64,000 nucleotides of DNA, from IMG/VR virus record IMGVR_UViG_2740892559_000001, positions 6,625 to 70,624 of that record; one strand, written 5' to 3'. The stretch comes from a virus. A model generated the notes under the pieces. That model searched no databases. It had not been told where the DNA came from and saw only the letters and a list, made by a program, of their open reading frames with translations. Both the position numbers and the translations under genes were made by a program. This document shows positions 20,601-29,503 of the stretch, piece by piece. Numbering within the stretch: the first letter of the stretch is position 1; every line of letters begins with the position of its first letter.

Positions 20601-21908
20601 GGCTTCTGCTTTATTGTAGGGGGGGTTTTGGTTCTGTTCTATCGCGGCACGGACAGAATCTGTAAAATCCTTCATACCTTCGGTATGGCACCCGATACAG
20701 GAGAGACCATTCTTAACAGCAGGATCGCTCGCTGCAGGATTAGAGACAATTGTTGTAGGTGCGACATCCAAACGATTTCCGACAGCGTCTGCGAGATAAT
20801 AGGCCTGTAGTCCGTTGGGTAGGTTAAAGATCATTTCGCCGCCATCATGGGTGAAGTTAAGGGGGTGTGTAAAGATATTCTGTGAACCGACACTGCCAGC
20901 AAAGTCGTAACTTTTCCAATACGCACCATACCGCGCGGTATGCCGTTCGACAACACGATTGTGATTCGAGACACCCGAATCGTTGAAACCCGCACGCCAG
21001 ACGCGAACCCCCGGTGCATTCCTTATATTCACGGCAACATTGACATCGAGTTGACGCTCTAATTCACGGGTATTCTGCGGCAGCCCTAAAATGTCATTAT
21101 AGAGCGGCGGCAAGGACGCTGTGGCTAAAAACCAATCGACATGCACAAACGGCGCGAAACTACCCGTTTCTGCCCGCAGGGCTGCCATCTTTTCAAGGCG
21201 ACCGGCTTGTGTTTGTGGATCAAACGCAGGGTTATAAGGATACGCAGCCTCTATTTGCGCCCAGGCATTCGTTCGGTCCCATTCATAATGACGCAGGTCA
21301 ATGTAAAAGATTGTCTCTAACGCATCTACAGGCGTGGGGTTGGTCACGACAAAACCCCAAGATAGACTGTTGACGAGTTTAGAAAGGGCAACACGATAGT
21401 CTCTCAATGTCTCAGGGGATTCGCCCGAATTATAAAGATGCGTCAAGGTAAAATAGCGCGCAGATGTCCTGCTAAGCGGATCCAGTCCGCCAAGATGAGA
21501 CGCGATCGTATCGAGCACTGTATCAGGCGCAATAAAGTCAATGGAATGCGATACATCCCAATCGGGTGCACCGAGTGCGATCCAAAGGGCTATTGTCCGA
21601 ATCGCTTCATCTGAGAGCGCGGGTAATCCCAACGGCATCTGTGGCCCCTTTTCCGTCTCACCGAGCAGACGTTTATAGAACTCCGATTCGAGCGGATTCC
21701 CCGGCATAACAACCCCAGTATTAACTAATGCATCACGGTCCAGCAAGAGATCGTCCTTAAAAGCCCCGGTCGCATCATGACACCTCGCACAGTTGGCTTC
21801 CAAAATAGTATACGCTTCCTGTGCGATATTCTGCTGCGCGTCAACAACGGATACCCAAAAAACGCAAAACAATAGAAATATCGAAAAAGTAAAGATGAAT
21901 CTGCTCAT
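17682..21908 (-). CDS. Secreted protein: cytochrome c domains (two CxxCH), LRR, cohesin, dockerin, FlgD-Ig/sorting domain
   Basis: CARCH and CIGCH; LRRs; GWQADLVFNP cohesin; DVNEDGITD dockerin; NYPNPFNPETWIPY; start chosen at MSRFIFTF. Confidence 0.85.
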   Translation of the reverse strand: MSRFIFTFSIFLLFCVFWVSVVDAQQNIAQEAYTILEANCARCHDATGAFKDDLLLDRDALVNTGVVMPGNPLESEFYKRLLGETEKGPQMPLGLPALSDEAIRTIALWIALGAPDWDVSHSIDFIAPDTVLDTIASHLGGLDPLSRTSARYFTLTHLYNSGESPETLRDYRVALSKLVNSLSWGFVVTNPTPVDALETIFYIDLRHYEWDRTNAWAQIEAAYPYNPAFDPQTQAGRLEKMAALRAETGSFAPFVHVDWFLATASLPPLYNDILGLPQNTRELERQLDVNVAVNIRNAPGVRVWRAGFNDSGVSNHNRVVERHTARYGAYWKSYDFAGSVGSQNIFTHPLNFTHDGGEMIFNLPNGLQAYYLADAVGNRLDVAPTTIVSNPAASDPAVKNGLSCIGCHTEGMKDFTDSVRAAIEQNQNPPYNKAEALRLYPAQSVLDTLLQTDTARFESALAKIGEPFANAEERNQFFERHKNEPVQRFHEAFQAPLDVASAAAAVGLETPVFLTEIREKQSLKDLGLTPLVEENGTVKRDAWTSNFHDVRAALFNPEYVAPDREGPMRPVGDFYIPDVNLRAVIAERLGKAADEEITAAEMLNLRNINADRRGIRDLTGLEFATQLERIEFRHNMITDLSPLAGLTQLNNIKLRDNEITDVTPLAKLIRVDWLGLEQNRIIDLAPLSGLTRLQGIGISGNPVIDVSPLAKLTSLERIDAWQTPISDFSPLATLRVLRWIEYGNDKSTTALPSLTGLKALRRLEIHGCGISDISALAELTQLRWLELVNNAITDLSPLENLTDLTHLNLDANLILDVSPLSELTNLNLLYLENNVISDVSPLSELTNLHRLDVRNNAIFDFSPLDDLQGVAIRMTGNPGFPTNRGAHITGPWLWAIVPGTRLDTQTDFLSRATNGAATEIKVATNGATAGKAVGKSVWTWHRLDTGGNNINRMTDALGWGTGREIYDHIVYGAVILDAPREQQTTMFIGNDDAVKVFLNGELVHTVLHATFDQDGSFFPVTLKQGQNVLLVAIDNHGHGGFSGHFAFARDAEYEVFLPSPRFVFSTDATAFEVEDTFTLELRAENMENLGGWQADLVFNPAVLNAVEVNEGDFLQASDEETYFEAGTIENSDGKITGLKALRLSGDSVDGNGLLCSVTFTVVGAGESLLTLENFEAGSGRGNPVPSIPPELRIVVEGDETTIPTWDVNEDGITDVSDVILVVAALGQSPPENPRADVNGDGVVDGKDLAIVAAHLGEGTAGAAPFGDPQSLGLTPENVEEVLELLRAADDGSLTFRRGIANIEALYATFVPEKTALLPNYPNPFNPETWIPYHLAKPATVTLTIYGTNGTVVRTLALGHQPAGIYQTRSRAVYWDGKNDVGEPVASGIYFITLTADHFTTTRKMLLMK

Positions 21909-21997
21909 ATTCAATAAACCTCCATTCTTGAATAATATATGAGTTCGCAAATGCTGTTTCAATCTCGCTGTCGCGGGCTTTTCCTGAGAAATGAATC

Positions 21998-22888
21998 CTA
22001 TTTCTTTGCCTCTGTTGTGAAATCAAAAATGCGTATAATCCCCCAGTCTGCGGGTTCCCAATTCCCTGCGGCATCTGCCCATCGGAGTTGTACTCTATAA
22101 CGCTCTTTATGCCGTAACCGAAGCCCTTCACCCGGTAATCTCAAAAGGATAATACGCTTGTCATCTATCAACATTTTCCATTTCATATCAATCTGGCGCG
22201 TGCGATTATAGAGTTTCACGTCTGCTCTATGAATAGCCTCATCAAAGTCAAATACAAAACGTTCTGTGTTTATAGGTACATTTGTCCCTCCATGTCTCAC
22301 ACTACTTCTGGTCATTTGGGGGGCTCGATTGTCTCCTTTCTTGGTTGTGAATGTAATTAGAATGGTGCGCATATTTCTCGCAGCGTCTTCGACGTCCCCA
22401 GATATTTCATATTGTCCGTCGGTTTTTAAATTAATCACGTTTCCCAGGGGCGTGAGAACCACTTTTTTGCCACTCACAATCCGTTTCCAACGAAGACTCT
22501 GTCTAAACGTGCTGTGGTTTTTGTGGATTTGGACATTCGATTTTGCAACATCTTCATCGAAAGTTAAGGTGATGGTATCCAAATGTATATCTACGTCTCG
22601 CGCACCGTCCGATATCTTGATTTTTCTGTTACCATTCGCTCCAATGCTTTCTATGAGTTTCGGACCAAAGATGTCAAAAACAAGTTCAGGTTCAGGTTCA
22701 TCTACAATAGGCGCGACAACAGGAACGACTGGATCTGGCTGTGGGACTAAAGGTTCGGATTGTACTTCTGTATTAGGATCTTCTATCAAGGTAGGTATTG
22801 CGAAAAGAGGTTCAGGCGTGCCCTTTTCGGTATCCGTCGCACAACTGATGCACGTTAACAATAAAAATATAACGAGTACATATCTCAT
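21998..22888 (-). CDS. Lipoprotein with two Ig-like (Big_5-like) domains
   Basis: LLTC lipobox-like signal; ITLTFDEDV and FVFDFDEAI repeats. Confidence 0.6.
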   Translation of the reverse strand: MRYVLVIFLLLTCISCATDTEKGTPEPLFAIPTLIEDPNTEVQSEPLVPQPDPVVPVVAPIVDEPEPELVFDIFGPKLIESIGANGNRKIKISDGARDVDIHLDTITLTFDEDVAKSNVQIHKNHSTFRQSLRWKRIVSGKKVVLTPLGNVINLKTDGQYEISGDVEDAARNMRTILITFTTKKGDNRAPQMTRSSVRHGGTNVPINTERFVFDFDEAIHRADVKLYNRTRQIDMKWKMLIDDKRIILLRLPGEGLRLRHKERYRVQLRWADAAGNWEPADWGIIRIFDFTTEAKK

Positions 22889-22897
22889 TCTGACTCC

Positions 22898-23596
22898 TTA
22901 TCGGAAATTGATCCCGATGTTGTAGATAACCTCGGAGGCCTGAAAAGAGAACCCGACACTTCCGATGATATGTGTTGTCGGTGAGGCTTGTATTTCAACG
23001 CCAGCCTCACCTGTAAAGAGATTGTATGTATCATCAACAATAATACGACGGGTTGTGGACGTATTTCGCCACCTGTTTGAATAGAAGACACCGAAGAACG
23101 GGTGGAATCCCCATTTTGTTGTTGTCCAGAGTTTGCCAATAACGCCTATACCGCCTGTAACTGTCATATTGATATAGTGCGTCGCCTCGCCATTTCTATA
23201 GATTTGTGAGTAGTGTGACTGGAATGCACCTCTGAGAAAATAATCTATTGTCTTTTCAGCGATCAGTGGTCCGGTGGCTGCTAATTGAAGTTCGACTGAA
23301 GGTGATGGTGGCACGTCAATTGTTTGCTGGTTTGGTATATTCAGGAATGCGATACCCGGTAGAAAAGAAATCTTCAATGTGGGGTTGAACTGGTAGTCAA
23401 GGCTTCCGCGAATATGGCTCACTCTAAACTGGTGCCGATAGTTGCTGCTTCCTGTTATTTGGGATGGCGGTTCGTAATATTGAAATCCTAACCCAATAGC
23501 ACTCTCTTTTGCGGGCATACTCAAAATCCCTGTCTGTGCGGATACCGGTATACAACAGATGAGCAGAATGAAATAAATGAACGATAAAGTTCTCAT
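22898..23596 (-). CDS. Putative outer-membrane beta-barrel protein
   Basis: Signal peptide, alternating beta strands, aromatic C-terminus YNIGINFR. Confidence 0.55.
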   Translation of the reverse strand: MRTLSFIYFILLICCIPVSAQTGILSMPAKESAIGLGFQYYEPPSQITGSSNYRHQFRVSHIRGSLDYQFNPTLKISFLPGIAFLNIPNQQTIDVPPSPSVELQLAATGPLIAEKTIDYFLRGAFQSHYSQIYRNGEATHYINMTVTGGIGVIGKLWTTTKWGFHPFFGVFYSNRWRNTSTTRRIIVDDTYNLFTGEAGVEIQASPTTHIIGSVGFSFQASEVIYNIGINFR

Positions 23597-23607
23597 AGTG
23601 CGAAGAT

Positions 23608-24402
23608 TTAATGTGGAATCCTCCCTAATCCCGGAATGATAGTCTGTCCATCTCTTTGAAGTATACCCATTAGTAATTTCTCATTGCGAGACAACTCTAA
23701 GAGTATCTTTGCGGGTCTGAAACGCATTCTTTGGAGTTTGTCATAGAATGCACTATCAACATATCCTATTACCCCATCAAAGTAGACAACCTCACCAGCC
23801 TGTTTCTGCTTCTCCAACTCCCTATAAAGTAAATCGCCAAGCATGCCGCCGTCTGTGTAGTTATATTTTGTGATTGTCTCCTTTATAACTGACGCATAGC
23901 TATTCGTCCATATAATAGAGTCATCACCTTTCCACACCATGCCGTGCTCTAACTCTGGCATTGTTGGATCACCATACTTCTCAATGACTTTTTGGATTAG
24001 TTTTTCTGCGTTCCTTATAGGTAGTATGGTTATGTAGCCTGCGGTTCGCAACTTGTTATCCTTGAACGTGTAAATGAGTTTACATTTAACACCGTTGATT
24101 TTAATTCTGTAGACGAGGAGTTCTCGTGTCCTTTCATCAGGTCGTATCCCTTCTTCTGACAATTCAACACGTTCACGACTAAATCCCCACCGTGTTTTGC
24201 GAAAGTTGTAGCCACTCTCACCTTCAAAGAGGTACTCTGATAGTTTGTTGGGGTCAAGAGGTGGGTCTATGTCAGACATCCAATCAGGCGATACAGGTGA
24301 GTCCCATTCGGGAATGTCATCAGGCGGTAGTTGAACTCTTGGGGCACATCCCATATACAAGCAGAGTATGAGTGGGATAGAGAGCATTAGCAACTTTTTC
24401 AT
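23608..24402 (-). CDS. Hypothetical lipoprotein
   Basis: LYMGC lipobox-like signal; 264 aa. Confidence 0.6.
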   Translation of the reverse strand: MKKLLMLSIPLILCLYMGCAPRVQLPPDDIPEWDSPVSPDWMSDIDPPLDPNKLSEYLFEGESGYNFRKTRWGFSRERVELSEEGIRPDERTRELLVYRIKINGVKCKLIYTFKDNKLRTAGYITILPIRNAEKLIQKVIEKYGDPTMPELEHGMVWKGDDSIIWTNSYASVIKETITKYNYTDGGMLGDLLYRELEKQKQAGEVVYFDGVIGYVDSAFYDKLQRMRFRPAKILLELSRNEKLLMGILQRDGQTIIPGLGRIPH

Positions 24403-24428
24403 AAAGTTCTCCTTTATTGAGAATAGTA

Positions 24429-24686
24429 TTAGGCCAGTGGTGGTTTGCCATTTTTTTCAAACAGCAAATTGAGTGCGTCCCCTATTACGCGCTCTATGGA
24501 TGTTCCTTTGTCTGCAGCAATCAGTCGGACTTGTCGGTGTACTTCGGATGGATACCACCCTTGAAGGATTTTCTTGCCCTTCCGGGAATCTGGTCTGTTT
24601 TTGGGTTCAAGGCTTGGAGTCTCGTTAGGGGCCTCTGCCTGTTGTTTCTCGTTCAAGATCGTTTGTAGGCTTTTTGGTTGTTTCAT
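24429..24686 (-). CDS. ParG-like ribbon-helix-helix partition partner
   Basis: 85 aa directly after parA; disordered N-terminus, then ILQGWYPSEVHRQVRLIAADKGTSIERVIGDALNLLF RHH pattern. Confidence 0.75.
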   Translation of the reverse strand: MKQPKSLQTILNEKQQAEAPNETPSLEPKNRPDSRKGKKILQGWYPSEVHRQVRLIAADKGTSIERVIGDALNLLFEKNGKPPLA

Positions 24687-24687
24687 G

Positions 24688-25299
24688 CTACACCTCCAGT
24701 TGCTTTTCGACGTATTCGTATAGTACTTGTGCTTCGATAGATGCTTTAGACTTTGGTAGATATTCCTGTGCAGTTAGTCCGTGATTGAGGGCATGTACAA
24801 AGGCTACACGGTGACCGAATTCACAGGGGGCGCACTGTCCCGGAAGTGCTGTTCGTGCTTGGTTTCCGAGTGTTGTTCGGGCTGGAACGGAGTTGAGTAC
24901 AATGTGTGCGGAGACTTTTGCGATTTCGCAGATAGAGAGTGTTGAAGCGATAGCGTCTAAATCCATAATCGACGGTTTACACGGAATTAAGACAAGGTTC
25001 GCGGCGTTTGCTACATCGAGAGCGTCATGTCCGGCATTGGGGGGTGTATCAAGGATCGCAAGGGTTGCTCCGTTATCTTTGGCTGTTTTCAGCCACTGTT
25101 GGACACGGGATGCGGGTGTTGCGATGATAGCTGGTGATTCAGCGTCTCGATAGTCTCCCCATTTTGCCGCAGATGCTTGGGGGTCTAAGTCAATGAGAAT
25201 AGGCGTGTGCCCGGCTTTTTCTGCGGCGACCGAGATATGGGTTGCAAGTGTCGTTTTTCCAGTGCCACCTTTTCGGCTCATGATTGCTATTGTTTTCAT
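24688..25299 (-). CDS. parA: ParA-family Walker ATPase (short, type Ib-like)
   Basis: KGGTGKTT, LIDLDPQ, ILDTPP motifs; AAGGAAA RBS before MKTIAI. Confidence 0.93.
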   Translation of the reverse strand: MKTIAIMSRKGGTGKTTLATHISVAAEKAGHTPILIDLDPQASAAKWGDYRDAESPAIIATPASRVQQWLKTAKDNGATLAILDTPPNAGHDALDVANAANLVLIPCKPSIMDLDAIASTLSICEIAKVSAHIVLNSVPARTTLGNQARTALPGQCAPCEFGHRVAFVHALNHGLTAQEYLPKSKASIEAQVLYEYVEKQLEV

Positions 25300-25323
25300 G
25301 TTGTCTTTCCTTCTTTGTTTTAT

Positions 25324-25364
25324 ATGCAACGGTGTTTTATATGCAACATTATTTACAATGCAAC
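25324..25364. repeat. Three ATGCAAC direct repeats at 17-bp period upstream of parA (candidate centromere/operator)
   Basis: ATGCAAC at 25324, 25341 and 25358. Confidence 0.55.
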
Positions 25365-25408
25365 TGAAGTGCATACGCTTATTTAGACCACAATTTCGCA
25401 AAAACGGT

Positions 25409-25747
25409 TTATCTATTGTATTCCGACTCGGTGAGTCGCCAACCTATTCTCTGTTTACCTGATTTACTTCGCAAAGACTCAACCCGACCCTCATCTTCCA
25501 ACTTTTCAAGAATTTCCCTATGTATTCTACCGGGGGACTTTCCTTTTTTCCGTTTTTTCTCGTATGTTCCCATTTCTTCACCTATATATGTAGCCTCAAT
25601 ATATGCATGTCCACCATCCGGATCAGGTTTACACTTCTTAGGAGGAATGTCTACATATTCGCTCTCTTGTGCGTTCTTTAGAACATCTATGACTACGTCC
25701 TTAAGTAGTCCTATCGCTTGATCTGTGCGTAATCTTACGTGATCCAT
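25409..25747 (-). CDS. Winged-helix-like hypothetical protein
   Basis: 112 aa; IHREILEKLEDEGRV..GWRLTE resembles 57767..58054; GAGG RBS. Confidence 0.55.
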   Translation of the reverse strand: MDHVRLRTDQAIGLLKDVVIDVLKNAQESEYVDIPPKKCKPDPDGGHAYIEATYIGEEMGTYEKKRKKGKSPGRIHREILEKLEDEGRVESLRSKSGKQRIGWRLTESEYNR

Positions 25748-25796
25748 TTGGATTTACCTCATATTTGAGGCAGCAGAAAACTGCTGCCTTTTGTGA

Positions 25797-25913
25797 TTAA
25801 TCGTCAAATAACCCAAGTTGATCGGTTGTTGATTTGCCACGCGCAAGCGGTGTATCAAATTTGTTGATGTTCAGTGCAGAAGCAAACGTTGGGTCTTGTA
25901 CTTTGACGAACAT
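25797..25913 (-). CDS. 38-aa microprotein MFVKVQDPTFASALNINKFDTPLARGKSTTDQLGLFDD
   Basis: Manual translation (below the ORF-track cutoff); AAGGAG RBS 5 nt before ATG. Confidence 0.65.
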   Translation of the reverse strand: MFVKVQDPTFASALNINKFDTPLARGKSTTDQLGLFDD

Positions 25914-25930
25914 TTTGACTCCTTTTCGGC

Positions 25931-26026
25931 TTGACGTGCATCGGCATCGGTGTTAAAATTAAAATGCCAATACATCGAAATAGCCTTTCGTTTTTGGTTT
26001 GGGGAGGTGACCGCCTCCCCTTCTCT
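25931..26026 (+). ncRNA. Candidate antisense sRNA (about 25966-26026) with its own promoter
   Basis: TTGACG-17 bp-TAAAAT (25931-25959); hairpins CGAAA/TTTCG and GGGGAGG/CCTCCCC followed by TTCTCT. Confidence 0.5.
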
Positions 26027-26094
26027 ATTATAATCTATTATCTATTTTCACAACTTTTTGTCAAGCAACAATTCAATGGTCTTGATGCCATGTG

Positions 26095-28929
26095 TTACGC
26101 CCTCGCTTCTTGTCGGAGTTCATTTTGCAAATCAGAAATATCGCGCGCCTCCTGATCTCCGATTTTCAGAAAGACTTGCTGCGCCCCAAACGCCCGATCG
26201 GGTGCGGATGCGACGTTTGAGAGTAGGTTACTGATCGTATCTGTGATACCGCCAGCGAGGTTTTTGATTTGCTCCGGGAACAGGAGCGAAGCGGCCCCCA
26301 AAGCGATACCACCACCACCGAGTGCACTTCCAAGCCTACCGAGTCCTGATAAATTACCGAGTCCAGCAAAATTACCAAGACCGCCTGCTCCTACAGCAGA
26401 TTGTGCTGCAGAAATCTTTTGGATATTCGCTATCCGTGCGGCAGTCAACTGGTCATCAAGCCGTAATCTGATCTGATGCTCGATGAACGCCCTTGCGATA
26501 ATCCGAACCGACTGCCTTATAAATTCTGTCGCGACAGTTTCAAAACTACGCGCTCTGCCGGTCGCTAAATCCAAAAACGTATTAGAGACCAGATTGGTAA
26601 ATTGCCTATAGGACCGGACACGGGCATTGATACTCCGCTGGGTATCTCGCTCCTCGCTCCGTAGGACTCTATTCAAAAATTGCCTGCCCTGTTCGGCGGC
26701 ATCTTGGCGAATATCTAAAAGTGTGCGTGCCCCACGTGCTTGTTCAGCGATCTGGTCATCGATGTCAGCCCCTCGCACAATCGGATCGGGTATCCGGGCA
26801 TCTAAATCGGTCGCAAAGGCGAAGTTAGCGATCTGCCGCATCACATTCAATAAGCTCTGTCCTTGCCGTTCCGTCTCTTCAAAATCTTGTCGCAATTGCG
26901 AGGTGAAATTACCGTATTGGGCATCAGGGCTGCTGATAGATGGGATGGCGTTTATCTGTCTCGTGAGCTGGTCTGTGTAGGCTTGCCCTGCTTGTGCTGC
27001 AGCCTTGAAACCCTCGACTTCAGCATCAGAAACAGCGTTGGCAGCGTCAATCCGTTCTTGTGAGAGCTGTTGCAGTAACCGTTGATTTTCAGCGGTAATC
27101 TGTCGCTCAGCTTGGAGCCGTTGTCTACCGAGTTCAAATATTCGGGTTTGCAGTGTATTGTATGCCTCGGTGCCTTCTGTCTCTTGTGCGAGTGCGTTCT
27201 GGGCGTTCGCGATCCGTGCATTGTAGTAAGCGTTGCTCGCTGTAAGTGCAGCTTGGAATCCGGCTGATAGCTGTTGCGGGTTGATACTGATATTAAGTGC
27301 TTCGCGTGTATCTTCAGCATTCGCTCTGAGTTTCGCCAGCGTTAGCGCGAAGTTTTCAGTGTTACGTGTAGCGGTTTCCGAAGCCTTTGCGGTGCTTGTA
27401 TTCGCGGAGGCTAAAGCGCGTAAAGCGTTGGCGTTGGTTGCGAGTTGCGTTTGCGTTTCAGCGAGTGCTTGTCTTTTCTCTCTCAGCCGACGGTTCAGCC
27501 CTTGTACCGATTTCCCTGTGCGTTCGTCGATTTCGTTGGTGAGTGCTGCGATTTCTGTGTTGAGTGTTCTCGCTTGTGTTACCAGGGCGGCTTGAACGTT
27601 TCTGAGGTATTCGGATTGTGCGGAGACGCTCCCTTGTGCGGCTTGGAGTTTCTCCAGTTCGGTCGTGATTTCCCGATACTGTCTACCGGCTTCTGTCTCT
27701 CTGCCTCTAAACCTGAAAAAGTTTGTGCGTCCTTTCGCTGCCTCGTCGAGTGCGACTTTCTCCTGTTTCAGGAATGCGATACGGTCTTCAAAAGCCTTGT
27801 TAATCGTGCCAGCAGCCGTAGCCGTACTTAACGCAGTGGTGAACCCCTCAACGGATTGCTTAGCCTCGTTTGTGTTTTGAATGAAGTTTGTGACGTTATC
27901 AAAGAGTTCAGCGAACCCGCGTGCCGCGCTGGAGACGACCGGCAGGAGTCTGTCCCCGATAGCGATCTGGAGTTGATTGAATTCCTCTTGTAAGGCATCC
28001 ACAGAACGTGCGTAAGAATCGACGGGTGCAGCCGGGATCTCCTGCCGGAGTCTCGCAAGGATAGGTAACAAGAATTGTCCGAGCGTCTGTCCGGAGGCTT
28101 GGAATCTCTTGTTCAAGCCATCCATGGTGCCGTCGGTGTTATAGACTTCCTGTGACAGTCTGTTGAAACTGGGGATGAGTTCTTTGATGGTCGAAAAGTT
28201 CTCTTGCGAGATTTTATTTTCACCGAAAGCCTGTGTGAGCTGTAGCATCGCCCGCGAGGTATCCGCAGCGTTGCCACCGAGTCCGACGATGCTTTGTCCA
28301 AAAGTCGTGATAATCGCATCAACTTCTAAGGTGGTTGCACCTGCTGCACGGAGCGAGTTAGAATAGCGGATAATTTGGGGTGTGTTGAGGCCTGGGAGTT
28401 TTGCGATCTCGTTGAAATCCCGGAGTCTGGCATCTGCTTGTGTGCCTTCGATGGCTCGGAGTCCACGCAATAAGCCCTCCATTTGTCCAGCAGACCGAAC
28501 GGACGCTGCGCCGAACTCAAAGATTTCGCGTGCGGCGAGTGCTGCACCTAAGCCTGTTAAGATGCCGCGGACACCGCCTAACGATCTCGTGAAGAACTCA
28601 GCACCGTGTCCAGCCGCTACGAATCTACCGCGCGCATCTCGGAGCCTACCGTTTGTATCTCGCCATGTTGCGTTGGTACGGCGTGCGGCGTTTGAGAGGC
28701 TGTCTATTTGTACGCCGCTCTTTTGGGCTTGATCGCCGAGCCGGTCAACGTCTCTTGCGGTGGTCCTGGATTGGTCGCCAAGTCGGTCAATCGCTTCGCC
28801 AGCGTCGCGTGCCTTGCTGCGAGTGGTATTGAATTCATCCTCAAGCGAATCCACTTCCCGCTTGAGGCGCGAAAAAGCGGCACGTGCGCGTCTGTCCTCG
28901 ACATTGAAAACCAGGGTATTCGTAGGCAT
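26095..28929 (-). CDS. Tail tape measure protein
   Basis: About 944 aa, alanine-rich coiled coil; tape-measure domain (AMLQLTQAFG..ISQENFSTIKE); follows tube and chaperone genes; start MPTNTLVFNVED. Confidence 0.9.
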   Translation of the reverse strand: MPTNTLVFNVEDRRARAAFSRLKREVDSLEDEFNTTRSKARDAGEAIDRLGDQSRTTARDVDRLGDQAQKSGVQIDSLSNAARRTNATWRDTNGRLRDARGRFVAAGHGAEFFTRSLGGVRGILTGLGAALAAREIFEFGAASVRSAGQMEGLLRGLRAIEGTQADARLRDFNEIAKLPGLNTPQIIRYSNSLRAAGATTLEVDAIITTFGQSIVGLGGNAADTSRAMLQLTQAFGENKISQENFSTIKELIPSFNRLSQEVYNTDGTMDGLNKRFQASGQTLGQFLLPILARLRQEIPAAPVDSYARSVDALQEEFNQLQIAIGDRLLPVVSSAARGFAELFDNVTNFIQNTNEAKQSVEGFTTALSTATAAGTINKAFEDRIAFLKQEKVALDEAAKGRTNFFRFRGRETEAGRQYREITTELEKLQAAQGSVSAQSEYLRNVQAALVTQARTLNTEIAALTNEIDERTGKSVQGLNRRLREKRQALAETQTQLATNANALRALASANTSTAKASETATRNTENFALTLAKLRANAEDTREALNISINPQQLSAGFQAALTASNAYYNARIANAQNALAQETEGTEAYNTLQTRIFELGRQRLQAERQITAENQRLLQQLSQERIDAANAVSDAEVEGFKAAAQAGQAYTDQLTRQINAIPSISSPDAQYGNFTSQLRQDFEETERQGQSLLNVMRQIANFAFATDLDARIPDPIVRGADIDDQIAEQARGARTLLDIRQDAAEQGRQFLNRVLRSEERDTQRSINARVRSYRQFTNLVSNTFLDLATGRARSFETVATEFIRQSVRIIARAFIEHQIRLRLDDQLTAARIANIQKISAAQSAVGAGGLGNFAGLGNLSGLGRLGSALGGGGIALGAASLLFPEQIKNLAGGITDTISNLLSNVASAPDRAFGAQQVFLKIGDQEARDISDLQNELRQEARA

Positions 28930-28936
28930 TTTTTTC

Positions 28937-29115
28937 TTGCTAAAAAGTGGGGAAAATGGTACAATAGAAGGGATAAGTGGGAAGGGGCGCAACCCTTCCC
29001 GTGCCAAGTATTGAAAAACCTAACGACTAAGCTGGATTTCGCATTGGCATTTTTATTTTAACACCTTCCTGTTGAAATGTCAAGCGAGGTCCCCAAACCT
29101 ATAGGAGCTTGACAT
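28937..29115 (+). promoter_or_regulatory. Sigma70 promoter plus structured leader of GIY-YIG cassette 2
   Basis: TTGCTA(28937)-17 bp-TACAAT(28960) with TG extension; same two hairpins as 7915-8096. Confidence 0.75.
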
Positions 29116-29452
29116 GTTTATGACCCGTCCAACTTTCGCGCTCTCCGTTTCGGTGGGGCTTCAGCCCTCACAGGTGCACGCGCGTCTCACCGCAGAACAG
29201 CAACGCGGTTTTCGTCCGGTTCGGTATGAGAATCAGTATCTTCGAGGCTACCATTGGTGGATCTTTCCAAACTACGTGGATAACATTTACTCGAAAGTCT
29301 ATGCCAGGCTGAATATCTTCGGCGATCTCGTTGTCGGTAGAGGTGCATGGACACGCTTGGTCTGTATTAAGAACGGCAGACTGACACTGAGTCCATTCAT
29401 TTCTGAGGATGTTGTTTCCGCATCCGATGAGCGGTTGCTTGTTTGCCTGTAA
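29114..29452 (+). CDS. Hypothetical protein between the leader and GIY-YIG gene 2
   Basis: 112 aa; starts at the ATG embedded in the leader hairpin, with AGGAG RBS. Confidence 0.55.
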   Translation: MFMTRPTFALSVSVGLQPSQVHARLTAEQQRGFRPVRYENQYLRGYHWWIFPNYVDNIYSKVYARLNIFGDLVVGRGAWTRLVCIKNGRLTLSPFISEDVVSASDERLLVCL

Positions 29453-29503
29453 AACCAACGTGGGCGGGTTCGCTCGCCCACATTTTCTTAAAGGAGTATC
29501 CGC

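Noticed and set aside
25801-25909. Long hairpin ncRNA (TCGTCAAA/TTTGACGA, ACCCAA/TTGGGT)
   Set aside because: It coincides with the 38-aa ORF that has a strong RBS, so it is better read as mRNA structure; not claimed as a separate RNA.
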